Numbered from the stretch's first letter, positions 16,954 to 25,630 are shown. The stretch: DNA of 25,961 nt from Dubosiella newyorkensis (GCF_001945605.1 NZ_MPKA01000050.1:1-25961), one strand, 5' to 3'. The notes: generated by a model from the sequence alone, not told the origin. A program made the numbers and translations.

Positions 16954-18867
16954 ATGATGTTTCGATGCAGTGAAGAGCACGAACAATTGCGTGCAGAGAT
17001 CCGAGAATTTGCGGAAAACGAAATCAAGCCCTACGCGTTCCAATGGGATCGCGAAAACCATTTTCCACGGGATGTCGTAGAAAAAATGGCCCGAAAGGGC
17101 TGGCTTGGTATTCCCTATCCTAAAGAGTATGGAGGCATGGGGAAGGATGTTTTGAGTTATTCGATCGCGGTCGAAGAGCTGTCTAGAGTGGATGGAGGAA
17201 CGGGCGTTATTTTATCGGCGCACGTTTCGTTAGGCAGCTGGCCGATTTTCGCCTTTGGTACCGAAGAACAAAAAAAGAAGTATTTGACACCGTTAGCTAA
17301 AGGAGAAAAAATTGGCGCGTTTGGTTTGACAGAACCTAATGCGGGAAGCGATGCGGGTGGTACGGAAACGACAGCCGTTCTAGAGGGGGATCATTATATT
17401 CTCAATGGCGAAAAGATCTTTATCACCAATGGTGGCGAGGCGGATACGTATGTGGTGTTCGCGGTCACGACACCAAATATCGGAACAAAAGGAATTAGCG
17501 CGTTCATTGTCGAAAAAGGAATGGAAGGCTTTACGATCGGGGATCATTACGATAAGTTGGGGATCCGCTCTTCGGCAACAGCCCAGCTCTTGTTCGATGA
17601 TGTGAAAGTGCCGAAAGAAAATTTGTTAGGAAAAGAGGGCGAAGGCTTCAAGATCGCGATGGCTACGTTGGATGGAGGTCGGATCGGGATCGCTTCGCAA
17701 GCTTTAGGGATCGCGCAAGGCGCTTTTGAGAGCGCGAAAAACTATACGTTGGATCGTGTTCAGTTTGGCAAGCCGGTGGCTTTCCAGCAAGGTCTTTCTT
17801 TTAAGCTGGCGGATATGGCCACACAGATCCGAGCGGCTAGGATGCTTGTATATAGCGCTGCTGAATTGAAGGAAAAGCACGAGCCGTATGGCATGGAGGC
17901 GGCGATGGCGAAACAATACGCTTCCGATACGGCTGTGAAAGTTACTGAAGAGGCGATCCAATGCTATGGCGGAAATGGCTACTTGAAAGGCATGGATGTA
18001 GAGCGGATGTATCGGGACGCGAAGATCACGCAGATCTATGAAGGAACCAACGAGATCATGCGTGTCGTTATTTCGTCCTATCTTTTGGGAAAACCGCCTA
18101 AAAAGGAAAAGAGCGCAGGCGCTATGCCGACAAAGGCTGCCAAAAATATTACGGGTCCGCGTAAGAAGGTCATTTATAAAAAAGGGTCTGCCCAAGAAAG
18201 AGTGGATGCTCTTGTCGAGAATTTGAAGGCGGATGGTTATGACTTTACGGTCGGGATCGCGATGGATACGCCGATCACGAAGGCGGAGCGTGTCGTTTCG
18301 GCCGGCAAGGGAATTGGTCCAAAGGAAAATATGTCTTTGATCGAGGATCTTGCCAAAGCGTGCGGGGCTGCGATTGGTTCTTCGCGTCCGGTGGCGGAGA
18401 CGCTTCAATATGTGCCGATCGACCGGTATGTGGGCATGTCGGGACAAAAGTTTAATGGAAATTTATATATTGCGTGTGGTATTTCAGGGGCTGTTCAGCA
18501 TTTGAAGGGGATCACGAACGCTTCGACGATCGTGGCGATCAATAAAAATCCGAACGCGCCAATCTTTAAAAATTGTGATTATGGTATAGTGGGCGATGTC
18601 AATGAGATCTTGCCGCTTCTTTCAAAAGCGTTGGATACGGGTGAAAAACAGCCGGCGCCTCCAATGAAGAAGATCAAACGGGCCACGCCAAAGAAGGAAA
18701 AGCCGGACTATACGATCATGGTTTGCGATGGTTGTGGTTATGAGTACGATCCGATGGTTGGCGACGAGGCGAATGGAATTCCGGCCGGCACTCCGTTCGA
18801 GAAGCTTCCGGAAGACTGGGTATGTCCTGAATGTTCGGAAATCAAGGCGAATTTTGAGAAGGCGTAA
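16954..18867 (+). CDS. Fusion protein: acyl-CoA dehydrogenase + ETF-alpha FAD-binding domain + rubredoxin
   Basis: 637 aa in one frame. ACAD signatures [13 protein letters not shown] and [22 protein letters not shown], with IYEGTNEI as the catalytic-Glu context. ETF-alpha signature [29 protein letters not shown]. Rubredoxin [10 protein letters not shown]...WVCPEC. Lys/Pro-rich linkers separate the domains. The start may be ATG 16957, which has better spacing from AGGAGG at 16946-16951. Confidence 0.9.
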   Translation: MMFRCSEEHEQLRAEIREFAENEIKPYAFQWDRENHFPRDVVEKMARKGWLGIPYPKEYGGMGKDVLSYSIAVEELSRVDGGTGVILSAHVSLGSWPIFAFGTEEQKKKYLTPLAKGEKIGAFGLTEPNAGSDAGGTETTAVLEGDHYILNGEKIFITNGGEADTYVVFAVTTPNIGTKGISAFIVEKGMEGFTIGDHYDKLGIRSSATAQLLFDDVKVPKENLLGKEGEGFKIAMATLDGGRIGIASQALGIAQGAFESAKNYTLDRVQFGKPVAFQQGLSFKLADMATQIRAARMLVYSAAELKEKHEPYGMEAAMAKQYASDTAVKVTEEAIQCYGGNGYLKGMDVERMYRDAKITQIYEGTNEIMRVVISSYLLGKPPKKEKSAGAMPTKAAKNITGPRKKVIYKKGSAQERVDALVENLKADGYDFTVGIAMDTPITKAERVVSAGKGIGPKENMSLIEDLAKACGAAIGSSRPVAETLQYVPIDRYVGMSGQKFNGNLYIACGISGAVQHLKGITNASTIVAINKNPNAPIFKNCDYGIVGDVNEILPLLSKALDTGEKQPAPPMKKIKRATPKKEKPDYTIMVCDGCGYEYDPMVGDEANGIPAGTPFEKLPEDWVCPECSEIKANFEKA

Positions 18868-18878
18868 GGAGAATGAGC

Positions 18879-20093
18879 ATGCATATTGTTAGAGAAGTTA
18901 CGGATCATTTATATTGGATCGGGGTCAACGATCATCGTTTGGCGTTGTTTGAAAATATTCATCCGATTCCTGAGGGTGTGAGCTATAACTCGTATCTTTT
19001 GAAGGGTGAAAAGAATGTGTTGTTTGATACGGTGGATTGGGAAGCGTGTCGGCAAATGATGGAGAACATAGAGTATGTTTTGGATGGCGAAGATCTAGAT
19101 TATATTGTGATCAATCATTGGGAGCCTGATCATGCGGCTAGTCTTCAAGTCGTGTTGGAGGCGTATCCAAACGCGAAGATCATCGGAAATCAGAAGGGTT
19201 TTCAATTGGCGGAGCAGTTTGGTTTCAAGATCGACGAGGATAAAAAGATCGTAGTCAATGAGGGGGATGTCGTGGAGGTTGGCGATCATTCGTTGACGTT
19301 CTTGTTTATGCCGATGGTGCACTGGCCTGAAGCGATGGTGACGTTGGATCTTACGAATGGCGCGCTCTTTAGCGCGGACGCGTTTGGTTCGTTCAAGGCG
19401 TTGGATGGTAAATTGTTCAATGACGAGGTGGATTACGATCGGGAGTGGATCGATGAAAACCGGCGGTATTTGACCAATATCGTTGGGAAGTATGGTCCAC
19501 ATATTCGTAAAATCTTGAAGAAAGCGGCGCCACTTTTGGATCAGATCAAGTTCATTTGTCCGCTGCATGGTTTAGTTTGGCGCAGTGATTTTGGTTACTT
19601 GTTGGATAAATACGAGCATTGGGCGAATTACGAGCCAGAACAAAAGGGTGTCGTGATTTGTTACGCCTCGATGTATGGAAATACGGAGCAGGCGGCGCAA
19701 GCGTTGGCGAGCAAGCTTTGCGAGCTGGGGGTCGAGAATGTCGAAGTGTTTGATGTTTCGAACACGCACGTTTCGTATTTGATTTCCGAGGTGTTCAAAA
19801 ATAGTCATCTTGTCTTGGCATCGTGCACATATAATTTGGGCATTTTCCCGGTTATGAAAAATTTCTTGGAGGATATGAAGGCTTTGAATGTTCAAAATCG
19901 GGAAGTGGCTGTGATCGAGAATGGGTCGTGGGCGATCCGTTCGGGCGATTTGATTTCTGAGTTCTTAGATGATGAGATGAAGCAGATGACGGTCTTGAAC
20001 GATCGGATCACGATCGCTTCGCATTTGAAAGAAGGGCAGGAAGAAGAGCTGGACGAGCTTGCCAAAACGATCAAAGATTCTTTAAGAGCGTAG
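18879..20093 (+). CDS. Class A flavodiiron protein (O2/NO reductase; metallo-beta-lactamase-like + flavodoxin domains)
   Basis: ORF 18873..20093. AGGAGA ends at 18872, so ATG 18879 is the better-spaced start. Di-iron ligand motifs HWEPDH, MVHWPE, SADAFG and CPLHG. Flavodoxin motif VVICYASMYGNTEQAA. Confidence 0.92.
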   Translation: MHIVREVTDHLYWIGVNDHRLALFENIHPIPEGVSYNSYLLKGEKNVLFDTVDWEACRQMMENIEYVLDGEDLDYIVINHWEPDHAASLQVVLEAYPNAKIIGNQKGFQLAEQFGFKIDEDKKIVVNEGDVVEVGDHSLTFLFMPMVHWPEAMVTLDLTNGALFSADAFGSFKALDGKLFNDEVDYDREWIDENRRYLTNIVGKYGPHIRKILKKAAPLLDQIKFICPLHGLVWRSDFGYLLDKYEHWANYEPEQKGVVICYASMYGNTEQAAQALASKLCELGVENVEVFDVSNTHVSYLISEVFKNSHLVLASCTYNLGIFPVMKNFLEDMKALNVQNREVAVIENGSWAIRSGDLISEFLDDEMKQMTVLNDRITIASHLKEGQEEELDELAKTIKDSLRA

Positions 20094-20095
20094 CT

Positions 20096-20126
20096 AGAGA
20101 AGTTCGAAAGAGCTTCTCTTTTTCTT
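20096..20126 (+). terminator. Terminator of the flavodiiron gene; copy 1 of a 31-nt direct repeat
   Basis: AGAGAAGTTC-gaaa-GAGCTTCTCT (one mismatch) followed by TTTTCTT. It is identical over 31 nt to 20807-20837. Confidence 0.8.
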
Positions 20127-20145
20127 GTGAAAGAAATTTTATCTC

Positions 20146-20173
20146 TTGTATCGTTTCAATGGACAGATATAAT
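20146..20173 (+). promoter_or_regulatory. Promoter of the toxin-antitoxin cassette
   Basis: TTGTAT (20146-20151), 16-nt spacer, TATAAT (20168-20173). Confidence 0.55.
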
Positions 20174-20220
20174 ATAAATTAAGATAAAATATCAACGAAA
20201 TTATGATAAGGAGAAGTGCG

Positions 20221-20478
20221 ATGATACAAATAAAACCAGTTTCCGATCTGAGAAATAAATTTTCGGAGATAGAGAAAATTGTAAATTCTGGCGAACCTGT
20301 ATATTTGACTAAAAATGGTTATGGCGCTATGGTGGTACTTAGTCTTGAAGAGTATTCTAAATTGATGGATATGGCTGAATACAGAATGGATGAAGCTGAT
20401 TTGGCGGCTGAAAGAGATGGAAGACGTTATACGCATGATGAAGTTTTCGGATCGTTGCGAAGAAAAGTTAATGGCTGA
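20221..20478 (+). CDS. Type II antitoxin, Phd/YefM family
   Basis: ORF 20203..20478. ATG 20221 is preceded by AAGGAGAAG. MIQIKPVSDLRNKFSEI...PVYLTKNGYGAMVVLSLEEY is the characteristic Phd/YefM N-terminal fold sequence. 85 aa. Confidence 0.88.
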   Translation: MIQIKPVSDLRNKFSEIEKIVNSGEPVYLTKNGYGAMVVLSLEEYSKLMDMAEYRMDEADLAAERDGRRYTHDEVFGSLRRKVNG

Positions 20479-20800
20479 TTCATCGTATATTTTGCGCTAT
20501 TTGCCATTATTTTATGAAGATTTAGAAGAAAAAGTAATTTATATTTCTGAAACACTAAAGAATCCAGAGGTGGCGAATCATCTTTTGGATTTAGTAGAAT
20601 CAGCTATTTTTGAACGTTTGCCAAACGCAGAGTCTTTTGAGCCTTACCATTCGTTAAAAATAAGGAGATATCCATATTATCGTATTTATATAAAAAATTT
20701 CGTGATTTATTATGTTGTCATAGATGATGAAGGACCGAAGAAGATCATGGAAGTAAGACGCTTTTTATATAAGGGACAAAATCGGGACACCTATATCTAG
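20471..20800 (+). CDS. Type II toxin, RelE/ParE superfamily
   Basis: ORF 20390..20800. ATG 20471 overlaps the antitoxin stop (ATGGCTGA). 109 aa and basic. The pattern YILRY...DLEEKVIYIS...YRIYIKNFVIYYVVIDD...IMEVRRFLY is typical of ParE/RelE-fold toxins. Confidence 0.8.
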   Translation: MADSSYILRYLPLFYEDLEEKVIYISETLKNPEVANHLLDLVESAIFERLPNAESFEPYHSLKIRRYPYYRIYIKNFVIYYVVIDDEGPKKIMEVRRFLYKGQNRDTYI

Positions 20801-20806
20801 CTGTTG

Positions 20807-20837
20807 AGAGAAGTTCGAAAGAGCTTCTCTTTTTCTT
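20807..20837 (+). terminator. Terminator after the toxin gene; copy 2 of the 31-nt direct repeat
   Basis: Same 31-mer AGAGAAGTTCGAAAGAGCTTCTCTTTTTCTT as 20096-20126. The preceding stop context TAGCT is also shared, with an extra GTTG in this copy. Confidence 0.8.
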
Positions 20838-20846
20838 TGGTATAAT
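20838..20846 (+). promoter_or_regulatory. Extended -10 promoter (TGgTATAAT) upstream of the first murQ copy
   Basis: TGGTATAAT lies immediately after the repeat, 21 nt upstream of ATG 20868. AAGGTGGA RBS. Confidence 0.5.
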
Positions 20847-20867
20847 GAAAAAAAGGTGGAATAAGGT

Positions 20868-21754
20868 ATGGAGAATTTTGAACTCTTGGTCACGGAGCGG
20901 GCGAATGAGCGTTCTCGTGATTTGAGCGCGATGTCTCTCGGGAGCAAGTGCGCTTGATGAATGAGGAAAACTATAGGGCGCTCGATTGTCTTGGATCGCA
21001 ATACGATAAGATCGTGAGGGTGATCGAAAAGTGTGTGGAGGCGCTGAAGCGTGGTGGGCGTCTTATTTATATGGGGGCAGGAACGAGTGGAATGATTGGT
21101 TGGTTGGATGCGTTGGAGTGTCCTCCGACATTTGGCCTCGAGCCTAAAAGAGTTCTTGGCTTATTAGCGGGTGGTCCGGATGGCTTTTTGCATGCGGGTG
21201 TGGAAGATCATGAAGAAAATGGCCGGAGGGATCTGGAAAAGATCGATTTGTGTCCGAATGATTTGGTGATTGGCTTGGCAGCGAGCGGACGGACACCGTA
21301 TGTAATCGGCGGACTGCGGTATGCTTCCAAGGTCGGGGCTTCTATCGCGGCTATCGTATGCAATGAAAAGAGTCCGATTTCTCAAAAATGTCCTTTGACG
21401 ATCGAGGCGTTGTCTGGTCCGGAAGTACTGACGGGATCGACTCGTCTAAAGGCGGGAACGGCGACCAAGCTTGTATGCAATATGATCAGTACATTGAGCA
21501 TGGTGGAGTTAGGTAAAGTGTATAAAAATTATATGGTGGATGTGCAGATGTCGAATGAAAAGCTCGTGGATCGGGGCGTGCGGATCGTATGCGATACGAC
21601 TGGCTGTTCTAGACAGGAAGCGTACGAGACACTAGAGAAGGCCGACTATCATGTGAAGTGCGCGATCGTCATGCGGATGAAAGAGTGTTCGAAAGAAGAA
21701 GCCTATGCGCTATTAGACAAGGTGGATGGCAAAATCGATCGGTTGCTGAAATAG
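20868..21754 (+). pseudogene. murQ: N-acetylmuramic acid 6-phosphate etherase paralog, frameshifted near codon 24
   Basis: ATG 20868 with a good RBS encodes MENFELLVTERANERSRDLSAMSL, then GSKCA and a stop at 20955-20957. The rest of the protein (REQVRLMNEEN...GAGTSG...SGRTPYV...GSTRLKAGTATK) continues in another frame (ORF 20948..21754). One missing base around 20936-20941 would restore a full-length MurQ. Confidence 0.75.
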
Positions 21755-21767
21755 AGGGAGGATACCC

Positions 21768-22628
21768 ATGAAAAAAGGGTTGTATCGTTTGGAAGAGTAT
21801 TATAAGCATCAGGCGACAGAAAGCGAAAAGGAAGTTTTACGTTTTATGATCCATCATCCACAGGAAACGATCAGTATCGATATTCATACGTTAGCAAAGA
21901 CGTGTTTTTGCAGCGCGGCAACGATCGTGCGGATCTGCAAGAAGAATGGGTTTTCTGGTTTCAAAGAGCTGAAAGTCGCGCTTGGAAATGATATCAATTT
22001 TTCTAAGCAGCTTCGGCAAGTGAATTTGGAGGCTCGTTCGGGAAAGCGGATTCCAGATTTGGTGGCTCAAGTTTTGAATGCGAATATTGCGGCGATTGAA
22101 AATATTTATAATTTGTTGGATTTCGAGGAGCTTGAGCGGATCGTTGGTTTGCTTCTGGAAAGCCGGTTTGTGTATTTATATGGAATTGGGGCGAGTTATT
22201 TAGTGGCCAAAGACTTTCAGCAGAAATTTGAGCGAGTCAATAAGCGGACGTTTTTGTATGAGGATACGCATATGCAGTTGATGAGCGCGACGAATCTAGA
22301 GCCTGGGGATGTCGCGATCATCATTTCTTATTCGGGACAAACACGGGAGATCCTCGAGGTCGCTTCGAATGTGAAACTGTGTGGGGGGATCGTGATCGCG
22401 ATCACGAAGTATGGAAGGAATCGTCTTGCTGCGATGAGCGACCATATCTTGTATGTGCCAACGATCGAAAAGCCTTTGCGGATCGCGGCGAGTTCTAGCC
22501 GAGTCTCTCAGCTGTCGATCGTCGATATTGTTTATAATACATACGTGTCGATGGAAAAGGAAAAGGCGATGGCGAGAATCGTCTCTACGAACAAGCTCTT
22601 GGAAAAAGAAACGGAAGAGGAAGTGTGA
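21768..22628 (+). CDS. murR: MurR/RpiR-family transcriptional regulator (HTH + SIS domain)
   Basis: 286 aa. GGGAGG lies 6 nt upstream. RpiR-type HTH (IHTLAKTCFCSAATIVRICKKNGFSGFKELK), then a SIS domain (VYLYGIGASYLVAKD...IIISYSGQT). Located between two murQ copies. Confidence 0.88.
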   Translation: MKKGLYRLEEYYKHQATESEKEVLRFMIHHPQETISIDIHTLAKTCFCSAATIVRICKKNGFSGFKELKVALGNDINFSKQLRQVNLEARSGKRIPDLVAQVLNANIAAIENIYNLLDFEELERIVGLLLESRFVYLYGIGASYLVAKDFQQKFERVNKRTFLYEDTHMQLMSATNLEPGDVAIIISYSGQTREILEVASNVKLCGGIVIAITKYGRNRLAAMSDHILYVPTIEKPLRIAASSSRVSQLSIVDIVYNTYVSMEKEKAMARIVSTNKLLEKETEEEV

Positions 22629-22653
22629 AGTCGAAAGCGGTTTCACTTTTTTT
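22625..22653 (+). terminator. Rho-independent terminator after murR
   Basis: GTGAAGTCG-aaag-CGGTTTCAC (9 bp including two G-U pairs) followed by T7. It overlaps the murR stop codon. Confidence 0.7.
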
Positions 22654-22683
22654 GAAATAATGGTCGGAATGAGAGAAGAAAAG

Positions 22684-22712
22684 TTCAAAGAGATGAAATA
22701 ATGTTTCATAAT
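22684..22712 (+). promoter_or_regulatory. Promoter of murQ-murP with an embedded inverted repeat (candidate MurR operator)
   Basis: TTCAAA (22684-22689), 17-nt spacer, CATAAT (22707-22712). The inverted repeat ATGAAA-taatg-TTTCAT (22693-22709) occupies the spacer and overlaps the -10. Confidence 0.5.
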
Positions 22713-22773
22713 TAGCTCTAAATATTGTGAATAAATGGTGGATTGTTTAAATTGGAGGCAGGAGGAATCAGAG

Positions 22774-23676
22774 ATGATCGACTTAAGCAAACTAACAACG
22801 GAGCAAGAAAATCCGAGAACGAAACAATTAAGCGCAATGGGGATCCGAGAGGCCATTGAAATTATGAATGAGGAAAATTTACAGGCTGTCAAATGTATTG
22901 AGAGTCAATATGATCGTTTGGAGCGTGTGATCGAAATGACGAGCGACGCTTTAGAACGAGGAAGAAGAATCGTCTATATTGGCGCGGGAACGAGTGGCCG
23001 GATCGGCTTGTTGGACGCGGTCGAGTGTCCCCCAACATTTGGCGTAGATTATGAAACAGTGATTGGTTTGATCGCGGGAGGAGAAAACGCGTTCGTAAAA
23101 GCGGTAGAAGGTGCTGAAGACTCGAAAGAGCAAGGGCGCGCCGATCTTGAGGCGATTCATTTGAGTAAAGAGGATGTGGTGATCGGATTGGCGGCGAGCG
23201 GACGCACGCCATATGTGATTGGGGCTCTTGAGTACGCGCGTCAAATTGGAGCGCATAGGGCGGCGATCGTGTGTAATGAAAAGAGTCCGATCTCTCAAAT
23301 TTGTCCTTTGACGATCGAAGCAATCGCGGGGCCAGAAGTGCTCACGGGTTCTACGCGTTTAAAGGCGGGGACAGCGACAAAGCTTATCTGCAATATGATC
23401 AGCACGTTGAGCATGATCCGGATCGGTAAGGTTTACAAAAATTATATGGTAGATGTGAAAATGACGAATGAGAAGCTTAAGACGCGTGCAGTCAATATTG
23501 TCATGTCTGTGACGGATTGTTCGAAAGAGCAAGCGCAAAAGGCGCTTGAGATGGCGCAAGGTCAGGTAAGAAACGCGATCGTGATGATTTTGTTGGGTTG
23601 TTCGAAGGAAGAGGCGGAAGCCGCTTTAGAACAAGCGGGAGGACAAATTCAAAAACTAGTCAAGGAGGAACAATAA
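22774..23676 (+). CDS. murQ: N-acetylmuramic acid 6-phosphate etherase
   Basis: ORF 22735..23676. ATG 22774 lies 8 nt after AGGAGG. N-terminus LTTEQENPRT, SIS motifs GAGTSGRIG, ECPPTFG, AVEGAED, ASGRTPYV and GSTRLKAGTATK. 300 aa. Confidence 0.92.
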   Translation: MIDLSKLTTEQENPRTKQLSAMGIREAIEIMNEENLQAVKCIESQYDRLERVIEMTSDALERGRRIVYIGAGTSGRIGLLDAVECPPTFGVDYETVIGLIAGGENAFVKAVEGAEDSKEQGRADLEAIHLSKEDVVIGLAASGRTPYVIGALEYARQIGAHRAAIVCNEKSPISQICPLTIEAIAGPEVLTGSTRLKAGTATKLICNMISTLSMIRIGKVYKNYMVDVKMTNEKLKTRAVNIVMSVTDCSKEQAQKALEMAQGQVRNAIVMILLGCSKEEAEAALEQAGGQIQKLVKEEQ

Positions 23677-23677
23677 G

Positions 23678-25585
23678 ATGACAAATCTAGAGATTGCAAA
23701 ACAGATCGTAGATCTTCTTGGCGGCAAGGAGAATGTATCTAAGACGGCGCATTGTATGACACGGTTGCGTGTGAGTGTAAAAGATGTAAAACGTGTGGAT
23801 CAAAAGGGTCTTAAAAATTTGGATGGTGTTTTGGGCCTTGTGCAGGAGGGAGAAGCGATCCAGATCGTTCTTGGTCCTGGTAAAGTCAAAAAAGTGACGG
23901 ATTTGTGTATTGAGGAATTTGGATTACCTAAAAACAGTCAAGATGGGTCTTGGGAAGAAAACAAGGCGAAGATCAAAGGCGCGCAAAAGGAAAGTAAGTT
24001 GAAAAAAGTACTGAAATTGATTTCGGAGATCTTTGTTCCGCTGATTCCAGCGATTATCGCGGCCGGATTGTTTAATGGATTTGCGAGTCTGCTTGCGCAG
24101 ATGATGGCGGATGGTGTCGTGTCTGGACAATTTTTCACGATGCTTCAGTTGATCCTTTCTTTGCTTGGATCAGCGTTCCTAGGTTATTTTGCGATCTATA
24201 CGGGGATTTATGCGGCGCAAGTGTTTGGGGCCACGCCTGCTTTTGGCGGGATGATCGGGGCGATCAGTATTGGCGCCAATTTGGTGGAAATTTCCAAAAT
24301 GGTTGGTTTGTATAATGAAACAGAACCTTTGGAATCAATTTTAACGACGGGCAAAGGCGGGATCATTGGTGTGATCTTTGGTGTCTGGATCTTGTCGATC
24401 ATAGAAAAGAAAGTGCGAAAGCATGTGCCGGATGTTCTTGATTTGATCGTGACTCCGTTTGTTTCTTTGTTGGTGACGGGTGTTTTGTTTATTTTTATCA
24501 TCATGCCTTTGGCGGGGGTTGCCAGCGACGCGCTTGTTTCGGGGTTGACGCTGATTATTAATTCGACGCATCCATTGGTTCGTGTTTTAAGTGGATTTTT
24601 GTTGGCTGCTTTGTTTTTGCCGATGGTCTTGCTTGGATTACATCATGGATTGATTCCAATTTATGCGATCCAGCTTGAGCAAATGGGTGGTGTTTCTTTA
24701 TTTCCTGTTTTGTCAATGGGTGGCGCTGGACAAGTTGGGGCTGCGATCGCGATTTATTTAATGGCTAAAAAAGTAGGGAACGAGCGTTTGAAGACGATCA
24801 TTACTGGAGCGCTTCCGGCTGGTTTCCTTGGTGTTGGGGAGCCATTGATTTACGGAGTGACGTTGCCATTAGGAAAACCGTTTATCACAGCTGGAATTGG
24901 TGCTGGTTTTGGTGGCGCATATATTATGTTGACGCATGTTATGGCGAATGCTTGGGGGCCTAGTGGTCTTGTGGCAATCCCACTGATGCAAGGGGTAGGA
25001 AGCATGCTTAACTTCTTTATTGGATTGTGTATTTCTTATGTTGGTGGTTTTGTGGTCACGAAAATGTTTGTGACTCAAAAAGATGTACGAGAAGAGGAAG
25101 AAGTCGAAATTGATGGAAACGCGATTCCTTCAAGTGTTCAATTGATGGCGCCAGTCAATGGAGAGTGTATTTCTTTGTCGGATGTGAATGATCCTGTCTT
25201 CTCAAATCGGATGATGGGGGATGGGGTCGCCTTCCGCTTTACGGAAGATCTTATTGCTTCGCCTTGTCATGGAAAAGTGTGCATGATCGCCAATACGAAA
25301 CATGCGATCGGTTTGATGAATGAAGATGGTGTGGAAGTCTTGATCCATATTGGATTGGATACCGTTGATTTGAAGGGAAAAGGATTTGATATCCTTGTGC
25401 AAGAAGGGCAGATCGTAGAGACAGGAACGCCGCTTGTGAGGCTGGATCGTTCTTATCTTCAAAGCGAAGGCGTCGATTTGACGACACCGATGATCGTGAC
25501 CAATTCAGCTAATATGAATGTCATCACCTATCCAAATCCAGATGTCAAGCAAGGAGTCACAACGGTGATTCAATGTGAAAATTAA
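23678..25585 (+). CDS. murP: PTS transporter EIIB-EIIC-EIIA (glucose superfamily), probably MurNAc-specific
   Basis: 635 aa. EIIB active-site context AHCMTRLRV, a polytopic EIIC, and an EIIA-Glc domain with GDGVAF and VLIHIGLDTVDLKG. It starts 2 nt after murQ. Specificity is inferred from the murQ/murR context only. Confidence 0.85.
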   Translation: MTNLEIAKQIVDLLGGKENVSKTAHCMTRLRVSVKDVKRVDQKGLKNLDGVLGLVQEGEAIQIVLGPGKVKKVTDLCIEEFGLPKNSQDGSWEENKAKIKGAQKESKLKKVLKLISEIFVPLIPAIIAAGLFNGFASLLAQMMADGVVSGQFFTMLQLILSLLGSAFLGYFAIYTGIYAAQVFGATPAFGGMIGAISIGANLVEISKMVGLYNETEPLESILTTGKGGIIGVIFGVWILSIIEKKVRKHVPDVLDLIVTPFVSLLVTGVLFIFIIMPLAGVASDALVSGLTLIINSTHPLVRVLSGFLLAALFLPMVLLGLHHGLIPIYAIQLEQMGGVSLFPVLSMGGAGQVGAAIAIYLMAKKVGNERLKTIITGALPAGFLGVGEPLIYGVTLPLGKPFITAGIGAGFGGAYIMLTHVMANAWGPSGLVAIPLMQGVGSMLNFFIGLCISYVGGFVVTKMFVTQKDVREEEEVEIDGNAIPSSVQLMAPVNGECISLSDVNDPVFSNRMMGDGVAFRFTEDLIASPCHGKVCMIANTKHAIGLMNEDGVEVLIHIGLDTVDLKGKGFDILVQEGQIVETGTPLVRLDRSYLQSEGVDLTTPMIVTNSANMNVITYPNPDVKQGVTTVIQCEN

Positions 25586-25593
25586 ATAAAATC

Positions 25594-25630
25594 AATAGAG
25601 CAGTGGCGTTCACTGCTCTATTTGTTTTTC
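25594..25630 (+). terminator. Rho-independent terminator after the PTS gene
   Basis: Perfect 12-bp stem AATAGAGCAGTG / CACTGCTCTATT with loop GCGTT, followed by TGTTTTT. Confidence 0.85.

Noticed and set aside
20091-20837. Interpretation of the repeat-flanked TA module as an integron gene cassette with attC sites.
   Set aside because: The window has no integrase gene and no GTTRRRY core-site pairs. The repeated hairpin with its T-tract looks like an ordinary terminator, and the repeats are direct copies of the neighbouring gene's terminator.
22660-22701. 13-codon mini-ORF (MVGMREEKFKEMK) between murR and murQ.
   Set aside because: It has no RBS, lies between a terminator and the next promoter, and overlaps the promoter -35 and the candidate operator. 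It is most likely non-coding.
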